Below, piece by piece: positions 18,876-26,807 of a stretch of DNA of 64,000 nt. The number at the start of each line of letters is the position of its first letter. Position 1 is the first letter of the stretch. The position numbers were made by a program, and so were the translations under genes. The notes under the pieces are model-generated. The model saw nothing but the letters and a program-made list of their open reading frames with translations. It had not been told where the DNA came from and did not search any database. Location: contig DGUI01000027.1 in the NCBI GenBank assembly GCA_002394605.1, forward strand, positions 2,161 through 66,160, given 5' to 3'. Source of the stretch: Mageeibacillus sp. UBA4314. GTDB lineage: Bacteria; Bacillota; Clostridia; Saccharofermentanales; Saccharofermentanaceae.

Positions 18876-19994
18876 GTGGAAGAAGGTTTTACATTGACAA
18901 TGGAGGCCATCCTGGCCGAATCAGTCAGAAGGGGAGCGTCTGATACGCATATCACCGTAGGTCTCCCCCCGATGATCCGTGTTGATGGTCAGCTGATGCC
19001 TTTGAGCAAGCAGATCCTGACACCTGCAGATACAGAGTATCTCTGCAAGTCGATGATCGATAAGTCAAGGCAGCAGTATCTGAACGAGAGAGGAGAGATC
19101 GACTTCTCGTTTGTCGTTCATGATTACAGCCGTTTCAGATGCAACATCTACAAGCAGCGCGGATCTTATGCACTTGCTGCAAGAACGATCACCAACGAGA
19201 TCCCTACATGTGAGAAGCTGGGACTTCCGGCTCTCTTCAAGGAGTTGGCAGAGAGACCCAGAGGACTCATCCTTGTTACCGGTCCTACGGGTTCAGGTAA
19301 GTCAACGACACTCGCTGCCATGATCGGACATGTAAACAGCGTTAAGAAGTGTCATATCCTTACACTTGAGGAACCTATCGAGTACCTCCATATGCATGGC
19401 GAGGCTATGATCAACCAGAGAGAGATCCACGAGGATACACTGTCATTTGCTAACGCATTGAGAGCTGCTCTCCGTGAAGACCCTGATATCATCCTCGTAG
19501 GTGAGATGCGTGACCTTGACACGATCAGTACAGCTATTACCGCGTCAGAGACAGGTCACCTTGTTATGTCAACACTCCATACGTCCTCAGCTGCTGATAC
19601 GGTCAACCGTATCATCGACGTATTCCCGCCTCATCAGCAGGATCAGGTCAGAGTTCAGCTCGGTACCGTTCTTGTTGCAGTTATCTGTCAGACGCTCGTT
19701 CCCAGGATCGGCGGCGGACGCTGTGCTGCTTTCGAGATCATGATCGCTAATGACGCCGTACGTAACAACATCCGTGAAGGTAAGACGTATCAGATCGACA
19801 GTACCATCGCAACAAGCTTGTCGATGGGCATGTGTCCTCTTGACTTCTACCTCGCAGAACTCGTTAAGAGGAAGATCATCTCCAGAGAGACTGCTATCTC
19901 CAGATGCAGATTCCCCGATGATCTCAAGAGATATATCAACAATGTTGGAGGACCCGCTAACAGTCCTCTGTTCAGCGATCTGGATTTCCAGTGA
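18876..19994 (+). CDS. pilT: Type IV pilus retraction ATPase PilT
   Basis: GPTGSGKSTT, TLEEPIEY, ALREDPDIILVGEMRD, ETGHLV..TLH, NNIREGK (AIRNLIRE-like). Confidence 0.95.
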   Translation: MEEGFTLTMEAILAESVRRGASDTHITVGLPPMIRVDGQLMPLSKQILTPADTEYLCKSMIDKSRQQYLNERGEIDFSFVVHDYSRFRCNIYKQRGSYALAARTITNEIPTCEKLGLPALFKELAERPRGLILVTGPTGSGKSTTLAAMIGHVNSVKKCHILTLEEPIEYLHMHGEAMINQREIHEDTLSFANALRAALREDPDIILVGEMRDLDTISTAITASETGHLVMSTLHTSSAADTVNRIIDVFPPHQQDQVRVQLGTVLVAVICQTLVPRIGGGRCAAFEIMIANDAVRNNIREGKTYQIDSTIATSLSMGMCPLDFYLAELVKRKIISRETAISRCRFPDDLKRYINNVGGPANSPLFSDLDFQ

Positions 19995-20030
19995 TAACTT
20001 AAGTTAAAATTTTAGGAGGAGGATAAAGAA

Positions 20031-21233
20031 ATGCCTAATTTTAAATATCAGGTAATCGATGCAGCGGGCAAGACGTCTACCGGTGTCATTGATGCTGCCA
20101 GCATGGCTGACGCGTCAAGGAAACTCCGTGCAGACGGCAAGTATGTCGCATCGCTTTCACTTGATAAAGGTGCCGGATTTCTTAATTTCGGTGGCAAAAG
20201 GAAGTTAAAGACAAAAGAGCTCGTTCTTATTACGAGACAGTTGGCTTCACTGCTTTCTGCGGGCATAACGATCATCAGGGCTTTGGACATGTTGTATCAG
20301 CAGGTTGATACAAAGAATGCGAAAGCAATCGTTGGTGAGGTTTATGAATCCATTCAGGGCGGCCGTACCATGTCTGAGGCTTTCAAGGAACAACAGGGAC
20401 TTATTCCTAACATCATGACCAGTATGGTCGCTGCTGGTGAAGAGTCCGGTCGTCTCGACGAAGTTATGGAGAGACTTGCTGAGCACTTCCAGAAAGCTCA
20501 GAAGCTCAAGAACAAGCTGAGTTCAGCAATGGTTTACCCGAAGATCCTTGCGTTCGTTACTTTCGCAGTATCCTGGGGTCTTCTTACATTCCTTGTACCC
20601 AGCATCACGGCAACTATCGCAGACCTCGGCGGTAAACTTCCCGGTCTTACGAAAGCGATCATCGCTGTCAGTGACTCTCTGACGCATTTCTGGTATGTAT
20701 ATCTTGCAATTGTAGTATTCCTGGTTGGCGGCTTCAAGATGTGGAGAGCTTCAGAGAAGGGGCAGTATCAGTGGTCTTGGCTCATGATCCATATGCCTAT
20801 CGTCGGCAACATGACTAAGATGACGGCTACTGCGCAGTTCACAAGAACAGTTTCCACACTCCTTAAGTCTGGTATCTCCGTTCTTCAGGCTGTTGAGATC
20901 ACAGAGAAGTCTCTCGACAACGTTATCTTGGAGAAGAAACTTTCTGATGCGAGGATCGAGATCAGAAAGGGTGCTGCACTTTCCAAGTCTATCAAGGGCA
21001 TCGAAGAATTCCCTCCGATGGTATACGCTATGACGGCTATCGGTGAGGAGTCAGGTACTCTCGATACGATCCTTGACAAAGCAGCAGATTACTTTGAAGA
21101 TGAAGCAGACGCTGCTACAACAAAAATGACAGCAGCTCTTGAACCTATTATGATCATCGTTATGGCCGTTATCGTCGGACTTATCGTCGGTGGTATCGCT
21201 ATCCCGATCTTCAATATGGCATCGTTCATCTAA
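20031..21233 (+). CDS. pilC: Type IV pilus platform protein PilC (GspF family)
   Basis: Two T2SSF domains: RQLASLLSAG, AGEESG.LD..., MVYP, GEESGTLD, LEP. Confidence 0.95.
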   Translation: MPNFKYQVIDAAGKTSTGVIDAASMADASRKLRADGKYVASLSLDKGAGFLNFGGKRKLKTKELVLITRQLASLLSAGITIIRALDMLYQQVDTKNAKAIVGEVYESIQGGRTMSEAFKEQQGLIPNIMTSMVAAGEESGRLDEVMERLAEHFQKAQKLKNKLSSAMVYPKILAFVTFAVSWGLLTFLVPSITATIADLGGKLPGLTKAIIAVSDSLTHFWYVYLAIVVFLVGGFKMWRASEKGQYQWSWLMIHMPIVGNMTKMTATAQFTRTVSTLLKSGISVLQAVEITEKSLDNVILEKKLSDARIEIRKGAALSKSIKGIEEFPPMVYAMTAIGEESGTLDTILDKAADYFEDEADAATTKMTAALEPIMIIVMAVIVGLIVGGIAIPIFNMASFI

Positions 21234-21259
21234 TGTTAATTATTGAAAGGAGATAAATA

Positions 21260-22378
21260 ATGGATTTTTCATCATTTGGAAAGGCTTCATCTGAATTTGT
21301 TATAGACTGTTCCAGTTCCGATCTTAAGCTTGCAGTTGGATCATACAACAGGAAAACAGGTCTTGTGTTGCTCGATAAGGTTGGTGTAGTTCCCCTTGAG
21401 AACGACGCTATCAACGACGGTGCGATCGCAGACTCTTTCGGTGTTGTTATGGCTCTGAAGCACGCTATTGCAAGATTGGATATCAAAAACAGAGGAGCAA
21501 TAGTTACAACAGAGGGTGCTTTCATGCACACAAGAGATCTTGAGCTTCCCAAGGCTAAAGCTGAGCAGCTCAAGGATATGGTTAAGTACGAGGTTATGGG
21601 TCAGGGCAACAACAGAGAGATGACCATCGATTACATCATCTACGGTACAGCTCTCGATGAGGAAACAAATGCCCCTAAGTATAAGATCAGAGCAACAGCA
21701 GTTCCTGTTGATACGATCGCTGAGTACAGAGAATTCCTGAAAAACATGGATCTGACTCCCATCGCGCTGGACGTTAACCCCAACGCTATCAGGAAGCTCT
21801 TCTCTTCCGGTATCATCAACGGCAATGTAAACATCTCTCAGTCAACACTCCTGTTGGTTGAGCTTGCCGGTGCAACTACAACAGTTACGGTTCTTGATAA
21901 GGGCTTCCCGGTCCTCTCAAGAAGACTTGCTTTCGGTCATGCAAACATCCGTCAGGTTGCTGAGTCTGTTAAGAAGATGCAGGGCGGCGGAGACAATCAG
22001 TCTTCACTGGCTAGACGTCTTAACATCACAAAGTCTGACGCTGAGTCATTGATCCCTATCGAGGATATCGATGTATGGCATGAGACAGTTGCAGAGATCC
22101 CTTCTCTGCAGAGCGCTGTAAACGCATACTTCAAGAGCCTTGTTGAGACTGTTAACAGAACGGCACAGTTCTCAATTTCCAAGTTCCATATTGACAGCAT
22201 TAGCACATGTTTCCTCTATGGATCAGGTGCAGGTTACAAGAAAATCGACAAGGAACTGTCAAGACAGCTTGGCACACAGGTTGAGATCCTCAACACTCTC
22301 AGCACTGTCGCAGGTCCTAAAGATTTCATGCTGCCCCAGTTCGTAAATTGCTGTGGTGCACTTATTCGTGAAGATTAA
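21260..22378 (+). CDS. pilM: Pilus assembly protein PilM (actin-like)
   Basis: IDCSSSDLK..., 'AIVT..G...TR.LELP', GATTT, FLYGSGA; position after pilC. Confidence 0.85.
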   Translation: MDFSSFGKASSEFVIDCSSSDLKLAVGSYNRKTGLVLLDKVGVVPLENDAINDGAIADSFGVVMALKHAIARLDIKNRGAIVTTEGAFMHTRDLELPKAKAEQLKDMVKYEVMGQGNNREMTIDYIIYGTALDEETNAPKYKIRATAVPVDTIAEYREFLKNMDLTPIALDVNPNAIRKLFSSGIINGNVNISQSTLLLVELAGATTTVTVLDKGFPVLSRRLAFGHANIRQVAESVKKMQGGGDNQSSLARRLNITKSDAESLIPIEDIDVWHETVAEIPSLQSAVNAYFKSLVETVNRTAQFSISKFHIDSISTCFLYGSGAGYKKIDKELSRQLGTQVEILNTLSTVAGPKDFMLPQFVNCCGALIRED

Positions 22379-22393
22379 GGAGGAGGAAATAAA

Positions 22394-23341
22394 ATGGCAG
22401 GTTTAGGTTCAAAGAAAGATATTGCTAAGCGCGATCTGAATTTCTTTGCAGAATTTACTGCAGCAGCAGCAAAAATGACCAGATTGCTTGGTTATGGCGT
22501 TGTTGTCGGTATCGTAGTCGTAGCGATCATCGTAGGTTTTATCGTATGGGGAATCATCCGCAATGCGATTACACAGTCAGCCATCAACGATCTTGAGGCT
22601 CTGCTCGCATCCGATGAGTACGCAGGTCTCCAGGAAGATGCCGTAAGACTCAATTCAGAACTCACAGGATTCAACAATTACTACTATGCTCTGTCTCAGA
22701 TGAGAGAGCAGGTTGACAAGATCCCCGCTGTCCCCGTTGAGCTTACAAACATCATGGAGAAGTCAATACCTTCTGACTCTTACATTGATAAGTATGAGAT
22801 CAGCCAGACAGGTATGCATGTTGAGGGTTACACATTCAGCTACTACAGTGCATTGAATTTTGTAAATCTCCTCAACAAGTCAGATGTATTCTCTCTTCCC
22901 GTTCAGCTCGAGGTTCAAAGGGTAGATCCTTCAACTATCGGAAGCGTTGAGACATTCATCAGACAGGATGGAAAAGTAAATGCCATCAACAACTATTATC
23001 ACTTCATCGTAGAAGGTCTGCTCGTCAGCGAGGTACACGTATCTGTATCCAACTATCTGCGCACACCTGACGGAAAGGGCGGATTCGTCATTTCCAGCCT
23101 TGGCGGTGTAGAGGTTGAGAAGTATAAGGCAGGAAGCACATATGAAGTTAATAACATCGCTACATATGAGCAGTCCGGTGTAACATACAACCTGTCTCAG
23201 GTTGCTATCAACAGGGCAACACTTGCTCAGGACAAGGTTACACAGCTTGCAACAGACAACAAGATCAGCGGTATTGCTAATGACGATATCGAGATCCAGC
23301 TGTACTACAGTCCTGCAGAGAAGAAGGAGGGTGAAGCATAA
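22394..23341 (+). CDS. pilN: PilN-like protein with extra C-terminal domain
   Basis: N-terminal 'LNFF' PilM-binding motif, TM, coiled coil, 'IP.D..I...I......VEG.T....A..FV..L..S..F' PilN core. Confidence 0.75.
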   Translation: MAGLGSKKDIAKRDLNFFAEFTAAAAKMTRLLGYGVVVGIVVVAIIVGFIVWGIIRNAITQSAINDLEALLASDEYAGLQEDAVRLNSELTGFNNYYYALSQMREQVDKIPAVPVELTNIMEKSIPSDSYIDKYEISQTGMHVEGYTFSYYSALNFVNLLNKSDVFSLPVQLEVQRVDPSTIGSVETFIRQDGKVNAINNYYHFIVEGLLVSEVHVSVSNYLRTPDGKGGFVISSLGGVEVEKYKAGSTYEVNNIATYEQSGVTYNLSQVAINRATLAQDKVTQLATDNKISGIANDDIEIQLYYSPAEKKEGEA

Positions 23342-24360
23342 TGAATAATTTATCATTACGTGAAAAAGCAATTATCTATATTCTTTTCCTGGTTGTTATC
23401 GCTTTGCTTGCTTATCTGTTCGGTATCAGGACACTTAATAATGCAAACGCTGATATGCAGATCCAGCTTCAGGAACTTCAGGCAAGGAAGGAACAGCTCG
23501 ATCTCCTGAAGCAGGAAAACCAGAAGACTCAGGGAGCCATTGAGACCCTGAAGTCTGACATCGTTAAGTATGAGCAGTCTTTCATCAGCGAGATGAAGAC
23601 AGAGAACCTTGAGAAGTATGTTCTCGATGAATTCGAGAAGGCCGGCATGCCTTTCCTCGCAGACGTTAAGTCTGAGGATGTTCAGATGGAAGCCATCGTT
23701 CTTGCTGACGGTACATCTTCCAATGACTCGGTCAACTGTAAGAGGATCATCGCTAAGTATGCTACAACAGACGGATACGAGATCACACAGTACAATCTCA
23801 ATGAGAGCAACTATGATGAGAATGGCAACCCCAGGACATCATACCTCAAGGATATGCTGAACAAGACAGGTGTCTATAACGAAGAGAACAGGTATGGTTA
23901 CCAGGAATTCATTAAGGCACTTGCTACGATGGAGAAGGCTGATCCTGATTGCGTTAAGATCACAAAGATCGGTGCAGAGTCAACTCATGGTTACCTGACA
24001 TTGACAGCAGCTATCGATTTCTACGGAACAACTCTCACCAACAGACAGTCACAGGAGTCTGATGCTCATAAGGCTAAGTTCTACGGTGTATGGAACGGTG
24101 ACGGAGTCGATACAAAGGGCGGATTCATCGGAATGCCTTACAAGGTTGATAACCCTGACAGCTTGTGGAATGGTATCCTTATCGATCCTAACGAGCTTAA
24201 CGGATTCATCGAGAGACCGTTCGCAGCTTATCTCTCCAATGCACGCTTCACACAGCTCCTCTCTGAGAAAGGACTTGAGAAGATCGTTGGCGGCGGTATT
24301 GTTGCAGCTGATTCTGATAAGGTTCCTGAGCCTACTCCGGCTCCCGATGATGCAGCATAA
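23341..24360 (+). CDS. PilO-like protein (extended)
   Basis: 'LSLREK.II.IL' N-terminus, TM, coiled coil; translationally coupled to pilN (TAATG). Confidence 0.65.
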   Translation: MNNLSLREKAIIYILFLVVIALLAYLFGIRTLNNANADMQIQLQELQARKEQLDLLKQENQKTQGAIETLKSDIVKYEQSFISEMKTENLEKYVLDEFEKAGMPFLADVKSEDVQMEAIVLADGTSSNDSVNCKRIIAKYATTDGYEITQYNLNESNYDENGNPRTSYLKDMLNKTGVYNEENRYGYQEFIKALATMEKADPDCVKITKIGAESTHGYLTLTAAIDFYGTTLTNRQSQESDAHKAKFYGVWNGDGVDTKGGFIGMPYKVDNPDSLWNGILIDPNELNGFIERPFAAYLSNARFTQLLSEKGLEKIVGGGIVAADSDKVPEPTPAPDDAA

Positions 24361-24401
24361 CAACAATTTTGAAGAAATTGTGAAAAAATGTGAAAAAACT
24401 A

Positions 24402-24429
24402 TTGCAATTCAAAAAACAGGTGTTATACT
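24402..24429 (+). promoter_or_regulatory. Promoter of pilin 1
   Basis: TTGCAA-N16-TATACT with TG extended -10. Confidence 0.6.
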
Positions 24430-24473
24430 GTAGTTACAAACCAATAAACAAAAAATTCTAGGAGGAATTTACC

Positions 24474-24674
24474 ATGAAGAAGATTCAGAAGACAAAGAAG
24501 GGCTTTACACTCGTTGAGATGGTACTCGTTATTGCTATCATCGTTATCCTTGCTGCAGTTCTTGCACTTAGCATCGGTACATACCTCGGCAGAGCAAAGG
24601 CAGCTGCTTCTTCCATCAGCTTGCACAACTGGTCAATCTCTTCTGTAGACGCAGAGATCCAGGCAGCTCTCTAA
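24474..24674 (+). CDS. pilA: Very short type IV pilin 1 (probable major pilin; 56 aa mature)
   Basis: KKG|FTLVEMVLVIAIIVILAAV class III signal; strong AGGAGG RBS; own promoter and terminator. Confidence 0.88.
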   Translation: MKKIQKTKKGFTLVEMVLVIAIIVILAAVLALSIGTYLGRAKAAASSISLHNWSISSVDAEIQAAL

Positions 24675-24699
24675 TAGTTAGACTACTAGCTGACTAATG

Positions 24700-24728
24700 A
24701 CACGGCGGGGCAACCCGCCGTGTTTTTT
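24700..24728 (+). terminator. Intrinsic terminator after pilin 1
   Basis: ACACGGCGGG-gcaa-CCCGCCGTGT followed by a T run. Confidence 0.9.
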
Positions 24729-24766
24729 ATCAATTCATAAATTTTTAACAATTTGTTAATTTATTG

Positions 24767-24795
24767 TTGAAAAAAGTTGAAACACCAAGTATAAT
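24767..24795 (+). promoter_or_regulatory. Promoter of the pilin 2-3-4 operon
   Basis: TTGAAA-N17-TATAAT. Confidence 0.75.
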
Positions 24796-24829
24796 CTAGA
24801 TGTAAGAAAATACTTTCAGGAGGCACGCC

Positions 24830-25045
24830 ATGCACAAAGTGATGAAGTGTAGAAGAGGATTCACTCTGGTAGAGATCGTTTTGGTCATTGCAATTATCCT
24901 TATACTTGCAAGTGTTACCGCATTGAGTGTTTCAGATATATTGAGGAATAGTCAGCGTGGTCAATCGTCCGTCAGTGATGCCGTGACCTCTGCGAAGTCT
25001 GAGATCAGCAGCAAAGAAGCAGCGCTGAGAGGCTATGGTTTCTAA
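24830..25045 (+). CDS. Very short type IV pilin 2 (61 aa mature)
   Basis: RRG|FTLVEIVLVIAIILILASV; AGGAGG RBS. Confidence 0.85.
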   Translation: MHKVMKCRRGFTLVEIVLVIAIILILASVTALSVSDILRNSQRGQSSVSDAVTSAKSEISSKEAALRGYGF

Positions 25046-25060
25046 GTTGAGGAGGTATAT

Positions 25061-25645
25061 ATGATCAGGATTACTAAAGTTAAGACAAGTGTAGCCAAAG
25101 TTGGTTTTACACTCCTTGAAGTTATACTTTCAGTTGCCATCATGCTTGTATTGACAACGATGATGATGAACGGATTCGCAGCAACGATGTCCTACTCATA
25201 TCACACATCTGTGTTTGCATCAACAGCAGGTTCCAACTATGCTGATGCCATCACAAATGTTGCTACCAATTCAGCAAGTGGTCGTGGTGCTTACACAACA
25301 ATGGGTCCCGGTTACGGATCCATTACTGATAATGACTGCAAGAAGATCCATTTCTCACAGGCTATCGCCGGTACAGGCCAACAGGATATCAACGTACAGA
25401 TGTACAGAGAGAACGGCGGTGCTTCTGATGCCAACTCTCATGCATACAGATCAGAGGCTGAGAACTATGGTGAGGCAGCTGATGGTACATACGCTAACAA
25501 CAGGACTGCTTTCTACTACTATCCTAAGTACATCAAGAATGGTTCCCGTGAGAATACCCGCGGTAAGATATCCATCTATCAGTTCGGTGATGAATTCTGG
25601 TGGTATGATGAAGTTAACAACATGAAGATGTTCAAGGCATATTGA
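25061..25645 (+). CDS. Minor type IV pilin (PilV/GspI-like position)
   Basis: KVG|FTLLEVILSVAIMLVL; globular C-terminal domain. Confidence 0.82.
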   Translation: MIRITKVKTSVAKVGFTLLEVILSVAIMLVLTTMMMNGFAATMSYSYHTSVFASTAGSNYADAITNVATNSASGRGAYTTMGPGYGSITDNDCKKIHFSQAIAGTGQQDINVQMYRENGGASDANSHAYRSEAENYGEAADGTYANNRTAFYYYPKYIKNGSRENTRGKISIYQFGDEFWWYDEVNNMKMFKAY

Positions 25646-25665
25646 TAGGGCCCGGAGGTGTTAAG

Positions 25666-26232
25666 ATGACGGTTGTACATAAGAGTAATAAAAAAGGTTT
25701 TACATTACTTGAGATGATGCTCTCGATCGCTATCGTAACGATCGTAAGCGGATGCCTGGTAACATTGATGATCGGAGTTAAGGATTCTTATATCAATACA
25801 TATAACTCTGATGACTCTACAGATTATGCAATGCTCTTTGCCAAGGCTTTTGAGAATTCCTTCCTTGCAACGGTACAGGACTGTAATGGACACTCAGCAA
25901 CAAATGCTACATGGAAGATCGGAAACTATACCGGTGCAGACGGGCAGACACATCAGGATCTTCTGTTGAATGGTGCACCTCAGCTCAAGTTGTCACAGAT
26001 GAAGGTGCAGCAGAAGGGTACGAATACGATTACCGACAAGTGGAAGATCTCTATGACATATGAATATGTCATGGCTTCCGGAATGGTTAAGTACACGATC
26101 ACAGTTGTTGATAATTACTATGATCCCGGCGTTGTAAAGTGTGTATATAATGGTGGATTCTTCCTTCCTCACTTCGATAACGGAACGATCGATTCACACG
26201 ATGGTACATACATTACCTTCAGAGCTGCATAA
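25666..26232 (+). CDS. Minor type IV pilin (PilW/GspJ-like position)
   Basis: KKG|FTLLEMMLSIAIVTIV; ATG 25666 after GGAGG. Confidence 0.82.
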   Translation: MTVVHKSNKKGFTLLEMMLSIAIVTIVSGCLVTLMIGVKDSYINTYNSDDSTDYAMLFAKAFENSFLATVQDCNGHSATNATWKIGNYTGADGQTHQDLLLNGAPQLKLSQMKVQQKGTNTITDKWKISMTYEYVMASGMVKYTITVVDNYYDPGVVKCVYNGGFFLPHFDNGTIDSHDGTYITFRAA

Positions 26233-26255
26233 GAAGGATAATTTGAATAAGAGTA

Positions 26256-26288
26256 CAGGGGGCGGCCATTGTGCCGCCCCTGAGTTTG
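26256..26288 (+). terminator. Intrinsic terminator of the pilin operon
   Basis: GGGGCGGC-cattgt-GCCGCCCC stem followed by TGAGTTTGTT. Confidence 0.7.
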
Positions 26289-26314
26289 TTAACAAAAAAC
26301 CATTCAACTTATTG

Positions 26315-26343
26315 TTGACAAATGATGAAGACCAACATATAAT
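26315..26343 (+). promoter_or_regulatory. Consensus SigA promoter of tRNA-Gly
   Basis: TTGACA-N17-TATAAT. Confidence 0.9.
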
Positions 26344-26357
26344 AATTAAGCTGTTGT

Positions 26358-26432
26358 GCGGGATTAACTCAGTGGTAGAGTGTCACCTTGCCAAGGTGAA
26401 AGTCGCGAGTTCGAATCTCGTATCCCGCTCCA
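26358..26432 (+). tRNA. tRNA-Gly (GCC)
   Basis: GCGGGAT acceptor stem, D-arm AGTGGTAGAG, anticodon arm TCACC-TTGCCAA-GGTGA, GTTCGAAT T-loop, encoded CCA. Confidence 0.98.
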
Positions 26433-26433
26433 T

Positions 26434-26460
26434 AACGTCCCTGATGCAGGGACGTTTTTT
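26434..26460 (+). terminator. Terminator after tRNA-Gly
   Basis: AACGTCCCTG-atg-CAGGGACGTT followed by TTTT. Confidence 0.85.
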
Positions 26461-26518
26461 TATGCACATACAAAGCAGCCTGATACAGGTTATAATAGAG
26501 CAAAAGGAGGTATGATCT

Positions 26519-26770
26519 ATGCCCGGTTATTCATTTACTCCCAGGGGAGTCTGTTCAGTCAACATCACTTTCGATATCGAGGACGGTAAGATCCATAATG
26601 TGAAGTATGTCGGCGGCTGTGACGGAAATCTCAAAGCCATCGGCAAACTTGTTGAGGGAAAGGATGCCAGGGAAGTTGCTGACATACTTCGCGGCAATGA
26701 CTGCCGGGGAAGGGGAACATCTTGTGCAGATCAGCTGGCCAGGGCTATTGACAGCGCACTTCAAGCCTGA
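26519..26770 (+). CDS. TIGR03905-family TSCPD domain protein
   Basis: PRGVCS...F, FVGGC.GNL.AIGKLVEG, C.GRGTSCADQLA. Confidence 0.88.
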   Translation: MPGYSFTPRGVCSVNITFDIEDGKIHNVKYVGGCDGNLKAIGKLVEGKDAREVADILRGNDCRGRGTSCADQLARAIDSALQA

Positions 26771-26807
26771 TAGATGATATAATGTTTAGTGGTAGCGATA
26801 GCTGCAT

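Noticed and set aside
18876-18910. PilT N-terminus MEEGFTLTME as a class III signal peptide
   Set aside because: No hydrophobic helix follows and the leader is acidic; a chance resemblance in a cytoplasmic ATPase
24474-25045. Short pilins as Geobacter-type conductive e-pili
   Set aside because: Only 3 aromatic residues (F/Y/W) in each mature pilin, about 5%, with long aromatic-free gaps; this is well below the density proposed for e-pilins
26358-26432. tRNA-Gly as the attachment site of an integrated island carrying the pil or yfhO genes
   Set aside because: No integrase and no duplicate of the tRNA 3' end seen in the window; pil genes have host-like, highly biased codon usage
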